A stretch of DNA of 64,000 bases from Candidatus Dormibacteria bacterium (GTDB taxonomy: Bacteria > Chloroflexota > Dormibacteria > Aeolococcales > Bog-877), in NCBI GenBank assembly GCA_049518775.1, contig JBEKRL010000003.1, positions 737 to 64,736 of the forward strand, read 5' to 3'. Below, one piece after another: positions 8,693-18,496 of this stretch. Made by a program: the position numbers and the translations under genes. Positions within the stretch are counted from its first letter, which is position 1. Each line of letters begins with the position of its first letter. The notes below the pieces were generated by a model, which worked only from the letters and a program-made list of their open reading frames with translations, made no database searches and was not told the origin of the DNA.

Positions 8693-9712
8693 CTACAGCG
8701 GGTCGGGCACCAGCCGCGCGATCTGGCTCGGTAGGCAGTTCCCTCCAGACAGGACACAGACCACCTCGCCGGTGGAGGGGTCGGCCTGGTTCGTGGCCAC
8801 CCGCCGCTCAGCGATGTGGGTCAGGGCGGCGGAGACTGCGAGGGCCCCGGTGGGCTCCACGACAAGCTTGCAGCGGCTCCAGAGCCACCAGCAGGCATCA
8901 CCGATCTGCTGCTCGGTAACAGTGACGACCTCGTCGACCTCGGCCCTGACGATCTCCCAGCAGAGCTGGCCGAGCCGCAGGGTGGCGGCCCCGTCGGCAA
9001 CGGTCACCGGAACCTCCGGCAGCGACACCCGCCTACCACACGCCACCGACAGGGCGGCGGCATTGGCGGCCTCCGACTGCACTCCGACCACGCGCGCCTT
9101 GGGCAACCACCTGCGCAGGGCAATGACCACCCCGGAGATCAGTCCGCCTCCGCCCACCGGGACCAGCACCAGCGGTGCCTCGACACCGCGCTCTTGGAGC
9201 TGGGCGGCCAGCTCATAGCCGACGGTGGCCTGCCCGGAGATAACGTCCGGGTCATCGTGCGGGTGGATCAACCGAAGGCCACGCTCGGTCGCCAGCTCTG
9301 CTGCGATCCGCTCCCGGTTCGTCATGGTCACCCCGTCGGTGATCACCTCGGCTCCATAGCTCCGCACGGCCGCGATCTTGACCGCGGATGCGGTCGCGGG
9401 CATCACCACCACAGCGGGCAACCCCAGCTCCTCGGCCGCCAGCGCGATGGCCTGCCCGTGGTTCCCGGACGAGAGGGCGGCCAGGCCTCGGAGGTCGTTG
9501 GCCTCAAGGCCCACCAGGGCGGCGTTGAACGCACCCCTGGTCTTGAAGGAGCCGGCCCGCTGGAAGCTTTCAGCCTTGAGCCAGACCCGGGCTCGCACTC
9601 TTTCGTCCAGGAGTCGGGAATGGAGGAGGGGAGTGGTGTGAACTCGACCCCGGAGGCGGCGCAGCGCTTCCTCCACGTCAATTCGCGCGATCTCGGCAGA
9701 GGGGGGTGGCAT
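8693..9712 (-). CDS. serine/threonine dehydratase family protein (PLP fold type II)
   Basis: ESFQRAGSFKTRGAFN lysine motif, SSGNHGQA, GGGGLISG glycine loop. There is no ACT domain. Start set at the internal ATG (MPPPSAEI); the upstream 67 codons of the track ORF look non-coding. Confidence 0.8.
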   Translation of the reverse strand: MPPPSAEIARIDVEEALRRLRGRVHTTPLLHSRLLDERVRARVWLKAESFQRAGSFKTRGAFNAALVGLEANDLRGLAALSSGNHGQAIALAAEELGLPAVVVMPATASAVKIAAVRSYGAEVITDGVTMTNRERIAAELATERGLRLIHPHDDPDVISGQATVGYELAAQLQERGVEAPLVLVPVGGGGLISGVVIALRRWLPKARVVGVQSEAANAAALSVACGRRVSLPEVPVTVADGAATLRLGQLCWEIVRAEVDEVVTVTEQQIGDACWWLWSRCKLVVEPTGALAVSAALTHIAERRVATNQADPSTGEVVCVLSGGNCLPSQIARLVPDPL

Positions 9713-9718
9713 CCGGAA

Positions 9719-9724
9719 AGAATA
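9719..9724 (-). promoter_or_regulatory. -10-like TATTCT, 6 nt before ATG 9712 (leaderless candidate)
   Basis: The gene strand reads TATTCT-ttccgg-ATG, with no SD. Confidence 0.35.
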
Positions 9725-10153
9725 GGGGAGACCCGAACGGATCCGGCTCGGAGGAACGGTCCGCGAGGACGGCGGGCTGGAACCCTCCCCGTTCAACTTG
9801 GGAGCGCTGGAGTTGAGACACGACTGGGGCCACGGCCAGGGGCCAGGGTTGGGCCAGACGATCGCACCCTTGGGGGGCTGCCAGGCGTCTTGCCCTGAAG
9901 CCACCGGGGGCAATGCTGAGCTGCCAATTCCACCCCGGCACCGGGTTCAGCGCTCCTTGCGCCATCCCCTGCCAGGCCGTGGTGGTCGCCATCCGGGCGG
10001 TCGTGGCGGCTGGCGCGCTCTACTGGCGCGCAGCAGGGTCTGGGTCGCCGGAGGATCGCGACGGCGCCGGTCGGCCCGACCAATGGGGCTGCCGAACCGC
10101 GGCCTCGGGGGCCACTCCGGGGTTGGGTTCACGGCGTGAATCACAGCTCCCGG

Positions 10154-10429
10154 ATGTCCCTGGCTCAGGCCGTCGGGCTGGTCCTCCAGGCCACCCTCCC
10201 CGGCGAGGTGCTCACATATGGCGAGGTCGCCACCCTCGCTGGCCACCCCGGCGCTGCCCGGGCGGTGGGGAACGTCCTAGCCCATTCCCAGGGACTTCCC
10301 TGGTGGCGCGTGGTCACCAGCCAGGGACGACTGGTACCGGGGTACGAGTCCAGCCAGGCCGAGCGCCTGGCGGCGGAGGGGGTCGACGTTCTGGGGGATC
10401 GCTGCCGGCTGGCGAGCCGAGGCGCCTAG
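10154..10429 (+). CDS. alkyltransferase-like (ATL) protein, MGMT DNA-binding domain without the active-site Cys
   Basis: TYGEVATLAGHPGAARAVGNVL helix-turn-helix region is followed by LPWWRVV where MGMT has PCHRV. About 91 aa, with no N-terminal MGMT domain. Confidence 0.7.
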   Translation: MSLAQAVGLVLQATLPGEVLTYGEVATLAGHPGAARAVGNVLAHSQGLPWWRVVTSQGRLVPGYESSQAERLAAEGVDVLGDRCRLASRGA

Positions 10430-10524
10430 CCCTGTGGCAAGGGTTCGGCCTGGGATCTAAGGTCACCCAGCGGACAGGTGAGGTCGGGGACTCCCACCTC
10501 AGCCCCAGCCCGCCGAGGTGGGAC

Positions 10525-10975
10525 ATGACCGCTGGCGAAACCTGGGACCGCCGGTTCAGCGAGGCCGACTGGCCATCCAACCGGACCCGGCCCTGGTGGG
10601 ATGTGTCGATGGTCTGCCACCGGGACGGGCCGTGGACCTGGGCTGCGGCCCCGGTCGCAATGGGATCTGGTTGGCTGCTCGCGGCTGTAACGTCACCGGA
10701 CTGGACCTTTCCCCAGTTCCGCTGGAGCAGGCCCGTCCACGAGCCAGGGCAGCGGCTCTGGATCTCCAGCTGTCGTGCGTCGACCTGGCCTGGACAGACC
10801 CTCCGGCCCCGGGCAGCTCTTCACCGAGGCGGACCTGCTCAGTGCCTTCCCCCGAATCCGCGTGGATCGGATAGAGAAGATCCCACCCCTGCGGCAGGGG
10901 GGCCGGCTGGGAGCCGACGTGGTCTTCTGGGGGTGGCGCCCGGCGGGCTTGGCCCAAGGAGCCCATCCCAGCTGA
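10525..10975 (+). pseudogene. class I SAM-dependent methyltransferase, disrupted (frameshift plus internal loss)
   Basis: Homologous pieces sit in three frames. The first is MTAGETWDRRFSEADWPS. The second is QPDPALVGCVDGLPPGRAVDLGCGPGRNGIWLAARGCNVTGLDLS, which covers motif I and post-I. The third is GPGQLFTEADLLSAFPRIRVDRIEKI. The roughly 70 aa normally lying between motif II and this C-terminal block are absent. Confidence 0.6.
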
Positions 10976-11111
10976 AGGCCGCGACCGACGCGCCGATCAC
11001 CGCCGGACCGGGGCATGCGTGCTGGTGGAGGTCCCAGGGTCCCGGGCCTCGTCGTAAGGGACCTCCCCGGGGGACAGAGGGTGGAAACCGCCCCGGCACG
11101 GCTTGGCTCAC

Positions 11112-11137
11112 GATAAGGTCTCTTATCTATAGCTAAG
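11112..11137. repeat. AT-rich nested inverted repeats
   Basis: GATAAG-gtct-CTTATC is a perfect 6-4-6 palindrome. It overlaps CTTATCTATAGCTAAG, a 16-nt near-palindrome centred on CTATAG. This is the only AT-rich patch in an ORF-poor 1.15-kb stretch. Confidence 0.8.
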
Positions 11138-12128
11138 GCCCAGAGTGCGGACACCGTCCTGCCAGGCCGGTCCTCCTCCCTGGGTATGGCCCCCAACCAG
11201 CTGCCTGCAGGGTCTCACCGGCGGCGCCAGGGCACCGGCCGGTCGGAGCGCCAGCGCGTCGGGCTTGACGGGAGCCGGGATGGACCGGCCGCCCGGAACC
11301 AGGCGCACGACTCAGCAGGTAGCCGGCGAGACCCCGCTCAGCGGCAGGGGTGCCCGCGTTCCCAGGGCTGCGGCTCCCCTCTACCCCGGATCGTTCCAAC
11401 CGGCGTCCCGTTCGGGACCGGTCCAAAGAGGACCGATCGCATCCGGCCAAGCAGGGCCTCGGGCTCGAGGTCTGGAGGCGCGAGAAGTACGGGACGTCGG
11501 CGCCGGGAGCGAATCACGTCAACGCCAGCGCCAGCCAGGCGAGGCTGTAGGCGCTCCCCATGCCGGTGCGTCGGGGACCACCCGCTTTGGCGATCCCCGC
11601 CCTTCGGGAGCCTGCGCTCTGTGCCGCTGCAGCGCACGGAACAGGTCCCCGCGGTCGGCGGCAACGCTTCCGACCACTCGCTGGGGCTGAAGCTGAGATA
11701 CCGGAAGCCGGTTCGGGCCTGCACGATCTGTCACCTGCCCGCATCGCGCCGACGGAACAGCTCCCATGCTCACCGCCGGATCGGGCCGAGCCCGGCGGCC
11801 GCGCTACCCAGTCCGACCGCGAGCGGTTGCAGCTCTCGGGAGCGCCGCCTCACGAAGGGCGAGGCACACCACGCCATAGAGAGGTCGGCTGCGGTGGCGA
11901 CGATGTCCCTAGCCCTCCCCCACCTCACCAGGGTCGGGCCGCGTCAGGTCGGTGCGGGAAGGTCGGCCGGCCTCCCACCTGGGGAGTCAACGCCCCGGAC
12001 GGCGCCACTGCAATCGCTTGCCCTCGCTGCCCGTTGCACCCCAGACGCATCCCCGCCCACGCCGCGCGGCCGGCCCCTGGGCGGGGAAGCGCCTGCGTGG
12101 CCCGGTGGCAGAGTGGCAATCTAAGGGC

Positions 12129-14111
12129 GTGACCGACCGTCCCGGGCCCCCTACCTCACGATTCATCGTGGATCGGGTCCGGCGTATGGCCATCACCACC
12201 GTGACGCCCCTGGTGGACGACGGGGCCCGGCCCGCCAAGGCCGTCCAGGGCGAGAACATTCCCGTGCGAGCCTGCGTGTTCACCGACGGGCACCCGACCC
12301 TCCGTGTCCAAGTGCGGTGGCGCTCGCTCTCCCCGGACGAGGGCGCCGGCTGGCGGCACTCCCGACTCAGCCCCAGGATGGACGATTTCTGGGTCGGCGG
12401 CATGGAGTTCTCATCCCTGGGAGCCGGCGAGTTCCAGGTGGAGGCCTGGGTCGATGCCTTCGACGGTTGGCGGAGCGACTATTGCCGCTGGTTGGAAGTT
12501 GGGGCCAGCACGGCGGGAGAACTCCCGATCGGGGTGACGCTGGTCAAGCAGTCACTGCCGGGGTGGCCGGAAGCCGCCCGCCTGGCTGCTGGGGAGCGCC
12601 TGGACTCACTGCTCCAGGGGGACCCGTCTGAGATCGAGCGCTACCTTCTGAGTCCGGAAGTGGTCGCCAGGATGGCTGAGGCCCCGGTGCCGGCGACGCC
12701 CACCCGCAGTCGTCGCTTCCCGGTCTGGGTCGAGCGTCCCCGCGCCCTCATCGGAGCGTGGTACGAGATGTTCCCCCGCTCCGAGGGCTCGGACGGACAG
12801 CACTCGGGCACCCTGGCCACGTCTGAGCACAGGCTCCCGGCCATCGCCGACATGAAGTTTGACGTCGTCTACCTGCCCCCCATCCACCCCATCGGGGTGA
12901 CCGGCCGCAGGGGGAGGAACAACGCCGCGGTGGCTCAGCCGGGAGAGCCCGGCTGCCCCTGGGCGATCGGATCTGCCCTTGGTGGCCACACCAGCATCCA
13001 CCCCGAACTGGGGAATCTTGAGGACTTCCGCCACTTCGTCGGTAGAGCCGCCGAGCTGGGGCTGGAGGTCGCCCTCGACTATGCCCTGCAGTGCTCGCCC
13101 GACCACCCCTGGGTCACCCAGCACCCGGACTGGTTCCTGCACCGACCCGACGGGAGCATCCGCAACGCCGAGAACCCACCAAAACGGTACGAGGATGTCC
13201 TGCCGATGGATTTCGAGTGCTCTGACTGGCGGGCGCTCTGGGACGCCTGTTACGACATCCTGGACTTCTGGGTTGGCCAGGGCGTGAAGATCTTCCGGGT
13301 CGACAATCCCCACACCAAGCCGTTCCCCTTCTGGGCCTGGCTGATCGCCCGGCTGCGGGAAGCACACCCTGACGTGGTGTTGCTGGCGGAGGCCTTCACC
13401 AGGCCGGCTTTGATGGATGAGCTCTCCAAGCTGGGCTTCAGCCAGAGCTACACCTACTTCACCTGGCGTTCCACCAAGGGGGACCTGCGCTCCTACCTCA
13501 CCCACCTGACCCGCGACAGCGTCGACTATCTCCGACCGAACTTCTTCACCAACACCCCGGACGTGCTCACCCTGGAGCTGCAGCAGGGCGGGCCCGAGGT
13601 CTTTCGGCGGCGCCTCATTCTGGCCGCCACTCTCTCCCCTTCCTATGGGATCTACAGCGGATTCGAGCTCTGCGAGAACCGCCCTCAGTCCGCCGACAGT
13701 GAGGATTACTGGGACTCCGAGAAGTACCAGTACCGGCCCCGGAACTGGGACCAGCCGGGGTCGCTGGCGCCCCTGGCGGCTCGCCTGAACCAGATCCGCC
13801 GAGACCACCCAGCCCTCCAACAGCTGCGCCGCCTCTACTTCCACCGGTCGGCCGACCCAGCTCTGCTGGTGTATTCGAAGCACACCGCAGACCGCTCCGA
13901 CGTGGTCGTGGTTGCGGTCGACCTGGCGGCCGGGCGGCCCCGGCGGGCCCAGTTCTCCCTGTCGCTGAGGCGGCTGGGCCTGCGCCCGGGTGCCCGCGTT
14001 CGGGCTCACGAGCTGCTCCGGCAGACGAGCGAGACCTGGAGCGGCCGAGACCACCAGATCGACCTCGACGCTGGCAGCGTCCCCGCCCGCATCTACTGGG
14101 TAGAGACATGA
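12129..14111 (+). CDS. glgE: alpha-1,4-glucan:maltose-1-phosphate maltosyltransferase
   Basis: N-terminal [31 protein letters not shown], followed by a GH13 catalytic core ([18 protein letters not shown]). The start is either GTG 12129 (CAATCT 6 nt upstream) or ATG 12186. The track ORF start at 11952 looks too far upstream. Confidence 0.9.
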   Translation: MTDRPGPPTSRFIVDRVRRMAITTVTPLVDDGARPAKAVQGENIPVRACVFTDGHPTLRVQVRWRSLSPDEGAGWRHSRLSPRMDDFWVGGMEFSSLGAGEFQVEAWVDAFDGWRSDYCRWLEVGASTAGELPIGVTLVKQSLPGWPEAARLAAGERLDSLLQGDPSEIERYLLSPEVVARMAEAPVPATPTRSRRFPVWVERPRALIGAWYEMFPRSEGSDGQHSGTLATSEHRLPAIADMKFDVVYLPPIHPIGVTGRRGRNNAAVAQPGEPGCPWAIGSALGGHTSIHPELGNLEDFRHFVGRAAELGLEVALDYALQCSPDHPWVTQHPDWFLHRPDGSIRNAENPPKRYEDVLPMDFECSDWRALWDACYDILDFWVGQGVKIFRVDNPHTKPFPFWAWLIARLREAHPDVVLLAEAFTRPALMDELSKLGFSQSYTYFTWRSTKGDLRSYLTHLTRDSVDYLRPNFFTNTPDVLTLELQQGGPEVFRRRLILAATLSPSYGIYSGFELCENRPQSADSEDYWDSEKYQYRPRNWDQPGSLAPLAARLNQIRRDHPALQQLRRLYFHRSADPALLVYSKHTADRSDVVVVAVDLAAGRPRRAQFSLSLRRLGLRPGARVRAHELLRQTSETWSGRDHQIDLDAGSVPARIYWVET

Positions 14112-15751
14112 CCCTGGTCGCCGATCCGCACTGGTACCGCGACGCGGTCATCTACGAGGTGTTCGTTCGGGGCTTCTCCGACAGGAACGCTGACGGCATC
14201 GGGGATCTCCCCGGGCTGATCGACAAGCTGGACTACCTCCACTGGCTGGGGATCGACTGCATCTGGCTCCTACCCATCTTCAACTCACCCCAGCGGGACG
14301 GTGGCTACGACATCTCGGACTTCTATGCCATCCAGCCCGAGTACGGGACCCTCGACGACGTTCGCCGACTGGTCGCCGAGGCCCACTCGCGCGGCATGCG
14401 CGTGATCACCGACCTGGTGGTCAACCACACCTCCGACCAGCACCCCTGGTTCCAGGCAGCCCGCAGCGGGCCAGACTCCCCCACCCGGGACTGGTACGTC
14501 TGGAGCGACACCCCCAACCGCTACCCCGGTGCCCGGGTGATCTTCGTGGACACCGAGACCTCCAACTGGACCTGGGACCCGAAGGCCGGCGCCTACTACT
14601 GGCACCGCTTCTTCAGCCACCAGCCCGATCTCAACTACGCCAACCCGGAGGTCCAGGACGCGATGCTGGACGTGATCCGCTTCTGGCTGGAAATGGGCCT
14701 GGACGGGCTGCGACTTGACGCCGTCCCCTATCTGTTCGAGGCCGAAGGCACCAACTGCGAGAACCTTCCTGAGACCCATGCCTTCCTGAAGCGGGTGCGC
14801 CGAGAGGTGGACGCCGCCTTCCCCGGACGACTGCTGCTGGCCGAGGCCAACCAGTGGCCCTCGGACGTGCGCGCGTACTTTGGCGACGGCGACGAGTGCC
14901 AGATGTGCTTCCACTTCCCCCTCATGCCCCGGATGTTCATGGCCCTGCGCCAAGAGCAGCGCTACCCCATCAGCGAGATCCTGGCCCAGACTCCGGAGAT
15001 TCCACCCGGCTGCCAGTGGGGAATCTTCTTGCGCAACCACGACGAGCTGACCCTGGAGATGGTCAGTGATGCCGAGCGTGACTACATGTACTCCGAGTAC
15101 GCCAGCGACCCGCGGATGAAGCTCAACATCGGAATCCGACGTCGCTTGGCCCCGCTGCTCGGGAACGGCCGGCGCCAGATGGAGCTGCTCTATGGGCTGC
15201 TGCTCTCCCTGCCTGGCACTCCCGTCCTCTATTACGGAGACGAGATCGGAATGGGTGACAACCTCTACGTCGGGGACCGGGACGGAGTGCGCACCCCGAT
15301 GCAGTGGAGTGGCGATCGCAATGCCGGCTTCTCCCGGGCCGACTTTGCCCAGCTCTATCTGCCTCCGCTGATGGATCCGCTCTACGGCTACCAGGCCTGC
15401 AACGTCGAGCAGCAGCAGCGCACCGAGAGCTCTCTGCTCCAGTGGCTGCGTCGGTTCCTGCGGATCCGCCAGGCGCACCCGGTCTTCGGCCGCGGCACCT
15501 TCGAACTGGCTGAAGCAACCAACCCTTCGATCCTCGCGTTCGTGCGATCCTCCGACACTGAGACCATCCTCTGCGTGAACAACCTTTCTCGATTCGCCCA
15601 GCCGGTCACGCTGGACATCCGCAAGTTCGCCGGCACAGTCCCGGTAGAGTTGGTGGGCCGGGTGCCCTTCCCGCGGGTGAGGTCGCGTCCCTACCCGCTG
15701 ACCCTCGGTCCTCATGGCTTCTACTGGCTGCGGCTGGAGGCACAACCATGA
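14108..15751 (+). CDS. treS: trehalose synthase / maltose alpha-D-glucosyltransferase
   Basis: [67 protein letters not shown] overlap with the glgE stop. Confidence 0.9.
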   Translation: MTLVADPHWYRDAVIYEVFVRGFSDRNADGIGDLPGLIDKLDYLHWLGIDCIWLLPIFNSPQRDGGYDISDFYAIQPEYGTLDDVRRLVAEAHSRGMRVITDLVVNHTSDQHPWFQAARSGPDSPTRDWYVWSDTPNRYPGARVIFVDTETSNWTWDPKAGAYYWHRFFSHQPDLNYANPEVQDAMLDVIRFWLEMGLDGLRLDAVPYLFEAEGTNCENLPETHAFLKRVRREVDAAFPGRLLLAEANQWPSDVRAYFGDGDECQMCFHFPLMPRMFMALRQEQRYPISEILAQTPEIPPGCQWGIFLRNHDELTLEMVSDAERDYMYSEYASDPRMKLNIGIRRRLAPLLGNGRRQMELLYGLLLSLPGTPVLYYGDEIGMGDNLYVGDRDGVRTPMQWSGDRNAGFSRADFAQLYLPPLMDPLYGYQACNVEQQQRTESSLLQWLRRFLRIRQAHPVFGRGTFELAEATNPSILAFVRSSDTETILCVNNLSRFAQPVTLDIRKFAGTVPVELVGRVPFPRVRSRPYPLTLGPHGFYWLRLEAQP

Positions 15752-17295
15752 GCGAGGCACCTCGGCTCTCAGATCTGGCCGATATCGAGTCGGTGCTGGC
15801 CGCCGGCCTGGCCCAAGAGCGCTGGTTCGCCGACAAGGACCGCCCCATGCAAAGGCTGGAGGTCCAGGAGACCTTCTGGGTCCGGCGGGAGGTCCCGGGG
15901 CTGGCCGTCGTCCTAGTGCAGGCCCACTTCGACGGCGGGCCCCCGGCCACCTACCAACTGGTCCTGGGACTGCGCCCCTGGGACCGCCGTCTGCCCCGGG
16001 CGGTGAGGTCGGCGGCCGTGCGGGTGCCGGTCCTACCCGGAGCCCCCGCGGCGGGTGGGCCTACGTGGGCTGTTTATGACGCTTTCACGGACCCGGTCCT
16101 AAGCTCTCAGTTCCTGCGGTCGCTCGCGGACAGCCGCACCGTCTCTGGGGACGGGTCCGACCGGCTCCATTTCCGTCTCCTCCATCCGCCGCTGGCAATC
16201 CGTCCCGGGCTTGAGCCGCGACCCTCTGCTCCGAGTGACGAGAGCCAGTCCACGGTCCTCTACGGGGAGGAGATCCTGATCAAGGTCCTGCGACGGATCT
16301 GGCCGGGGGTCAGCCCCGAGGTTGAGTTGCTGGAGGCCCTGGACAAGGTCGGATTCAGGGGGATCGCCCGACCTCTGGGCATGGTTGAGGCGACCTTGGA
16401 CGGAGCCAGCGCCCCGCTGGCGGTGGCACAGACCTACCTGCGCAATGGCACCGACGGCTTCTCCTTGGCGCTCACCTCTCTACGCGACCTCTACAGCGAC
16501 CTGCTTATCGATGCAGACGGAGCTCTCCCACTGCCATCCGACTGCCGGCAGGCCGTGGAGCACCAGGGGGGCTCGTTCGCCGGAGCGGCCGCAGCGATCG
16601 GGACCCTCACTGCCGAGATGCACCTGGCACTCGCCCGGCTCAGGGGCAGCCCCGAGCTCGAGGCCGGTCCCCTCACTCGCGATGACCTCCAGGGGATCGC
16701 CGCCGAGATCGATTCCTCCGTGGAGAAGCTTCTGGCCCTCGCCGATGCCCGCCTGGAGCCCCTCGCGGTTCACGCCACCGTGCTTCACGATCTGGCTCGC
16801 CAGGTGATCGCCTTGGAGCCCTCCGGTGCCGCCATTCGCATCCACGGCGACTACCACCTGGGCCAGCTTCTGATGACCGACTCGGGCTGGCACGCGCTGG
16901 ACTTCGAGGGGCGGCCCTCCGTCCCGATTGCGGCCAGGCGGCGCCGGCACAGTCCCATCCGGGATCTGGCGGGCATGCTCCGCTCCTTCGATTACGCCGC
17001 CTCGGTGGCGCTGAGGCAGCAGGTCAACTCCGCCGATGTGAGTGCGGCCAGCCTGGCGCCGTTCGGCCGCGCTTGGTCAGCGCTCGCCAGAGAGGCCTTC
17101 ATGCATCGCTACCTGGCCCTCACGGCAGGGAGCGGGCTCTTGCCAGATGACGCCGCCGCCAGGGACTTGCTGCTCACCACACTCCAAGCAGGACAGGCGC
17201 TCTACGAGATCGATTACGAGCTGCGGAACCGGCCAGACTGGGTCGCCATCCCGCTTGAGGGAATGGCTCGCCTGCTCAATTCCGACCCTGGCTAA
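15748..17295 (+). CDS. pep2: maltokinase (maltose 1-phosphate forming)
   Basis: Kinase-like C-terminal half with [28 protein letters not shown] overlap with treS. The gene order is the classical GlgE pathway context. Confidence 0.85.
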   Translation: MSEAPRLSDLADIESVLAAGLAQERWFADKDRPMQRLEVQETFWVRREVPGLAVVLVQAHFDGGPPATYQLVLGLRPWDRRLPRAVRSAAVRVPVLPGAPAAGGPTWAVYDAFTDPVLSSQFLRSLADSRTVSGDGSDRLHFRLLHPPLAIRPGLEPRPSAPSDESQSTVLYGEEILIKVLRRIWPGVSPEVELLEALDKVGFRGIARPLGMVEATLDGASAPLAVAQTYLRNGTDGFSLALTSLRDLYSDLLIDADGALPLPSDCRQAVEHQGGSFAGAAAAIGTLTAEMHLALARLRGSPELEAGPLTRDDLQGIAAEIDSSVEKLLALADARLEPLAVHATVLHDLARQVIALEPSGAAIRIHGDYHLGQLLMTDSGWHALDFEGRPSVPIAARRRRHSPIRDLAGMLRSFDYAASVALRQQVNSADVSAASLAPFGRAWSALAREAFMHRYLALTAGSGLLPDDAAARDLLLTTLQAGQALYEIDYELRNRPDWVAIPLEGMARLLNSDPG

Positions 17296-17383
17296 CCTCG
17301 TGTCGGCTCAGAGGATCCCTAGGTGCGTGCGCCCCAACGGAACGAGTCTCCCGCACCTCCTCTCCGACTTGCCCAGATCCCTC

Positions 17384-17716
17384 TCAGGCCGGCGGTAGCA
17401 CAAGCCGCTCGCCAGGGGTGATCACGGCACCATGCAGCGAGTTGGCCGCTTCGATAGCGCTGATTGCGGCTCGGGGATCGGTCTGGGGATAGTGCTGACT
17501 CGCGATCGACCACAGGGTCTGCCCCGGCCGGACCACGACTGAAGGCCCCGCCCACCCGGAGGTGCCCAGCACGGCCTGCATCATGACCGCACCGATCAGT
17601 GCGGTCAGCACCAGCAGCTTCGCCAGCAGGCGCAGCCCGGGCCGCCCCCCTCGGCCAGCGATCCGCCGGGTCGGGGTAATGGGACGTGGTCCTCGGGATT
17701 CGACTCGCTCGTACAT
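17384..17716 (-). CDS. LysM-domain membrane protein, YneA/ChiZ-like SOS cell-division inhibitor candidate
   Basis: 110 aa with an Arg-rich N-tail, one TM (LLAKLLVLTALIGAVMMQAVL) and a C-terminal LysM (VVVRPGQTLWSIASQHY...ITPGERLVLP). A LexA box sits in its promoter and lexA is 1.7 kb away. Confidence 0.8.
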   Translation of the reverse strand: MYERVESRGPRPITPTRRIAGRGGRPGLRLLAKLLVLTALIGAVMMQAVLGTSGWAGPSVVVRPGQTLWSIASQHYPQTDPRAAISAIEAANSLHGAVITPGERLVLPPA

Positions 17717-17724
17717 CTGTTCGT

Positions 17725-17753
17725 ATTATGGGGAACAGCTGTTCGATTGTCAA
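17725..17753 (-). promoter_or_regulatory. sigma-70-type promoter TTGACA-17 nt-CATAAT
   Basis: The gene strand reads TTGACAatcgaacagctgttcccCATAATacgaacagATG. The ATG lies 8 nt after the -10, which implies a leaderless transcript. Confidence 0.65.
17732..17745 (-). promoter_or_regulatory. LexA (SOS) box CGAACAGCTGTTCC
   Basis: Perfect GAAC-N4-GTTC palindrome inside the promoter spacer. A second degenerate copy, GAACAGATGTAC (17711-17722), spans the start codon. Confidence 0.75.
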
Positions 17754-18496
17754 GGTCATCCGCCAGAGGTGCGTGCTGTGGTGACGGCTCACGGACGCGC
17801 CCCATACCCTCTCAGTCACCGTGCGGCCTGACACGGCGGGAGTCGCCGAGGACGGCTTGGCTGGACTCGCCAGCGATCTGACGCCAGCGCAGCTGTTCTT
17901 TGCCGGGTCGTCGGGGTGAACTATCAGGCCGACCGTCGTCCCGAGCGCCAGCCTACGAAGCATGGCCACCCCGTACGGGCCACGGGCACCCGCAGCCACT
18001 CCCCGCTCACCCTCACCAGCCTCCTGAACGGACAGCCGGCACTGGGAGCGGCGGTCGGGGGCGCCATGGCCGTGGAGTGGAGATTGCCAGCGGAGGGGGA
18101 CCCCGAGGTACCGGCCCGAGGGCCTCACAGTCGCGGTCGCAGCGATGCTGGTCTCAACCGAGCTCTTGCCGGGCTAGCTTGGCCGACCAGGAAAGCAGGC
18201 ACCAGCGCCGCCTCGGCCGCACTCAGAGCGACCCGCTCGGACCAGCGGCGGACAGGTCGAAGTCCTTCGTCGTGCTGGCCGGGCGAGTACTCCCCGGTGG
18301 GCTTCAGCGGGCCATCGTCCCAGCCCGCGATGAGAAGAACCTCGGCGCTGGCGCGGCCTTTTCCCGGAAGAGGGGATGCCACAGCCAGCGGTGGGTCGCC
18401 GGCCCCAACAAGTCCCCGCGGACCCTCCCCGGGCAGGGCTGCGCCTTCGCTTGCTTGGTAGAGGCATCGCCTCAGATGGCTCCTTGGCAAGCCCTC

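Noticed and set aside
6298-9913. Long N-terminal extensions of the serC (433 aa) and dehydratase (406 aa) track ORFs
   Set aside because: The extensions are low-complexity, overlap the divergent neighbour or the promoter region, and exceed the length of characterised homologues. Internal ATGs with -10-like hexamers fit better.
9913-11136. 407-aa ORF spanning the ATL gene and the methyltransferase remnant
   Set aside because: The translation is Arg/Pro/Gly-rich with no motif, and it overlaps better-supported genes in other frames. This is a typical long shadow ORF of high-GC DNA.
11186-12124. 312-aa and overlapping 181/190-aa ORFs in the ORF-poor stretch
   Set aside because: The composition is extremely Arg/Pro/Ser-rich, with no hydrophobic core or recognisable motif and several mutually overlapping frames. 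They are treated as non-coding; see the finding on 10976-12128.
12606-15760. 482-aa and 491-aa minus-strand ORFs
   Set aside because: They are exactly antisense to glgE and treS, which have unambiguous GH13 motifs. These are shadow ORFs.
18165-18235. CCAGGAAAGCAGGCACC resembling the SRP RNA GGAAGCAGC core
   Set aside because: I could not fold flanking sequence into the conserved SRP helix 8 hairpin, and the match is only partial. No RNase P, tmRNA or SRP RNA signature was found anywhere in the window.
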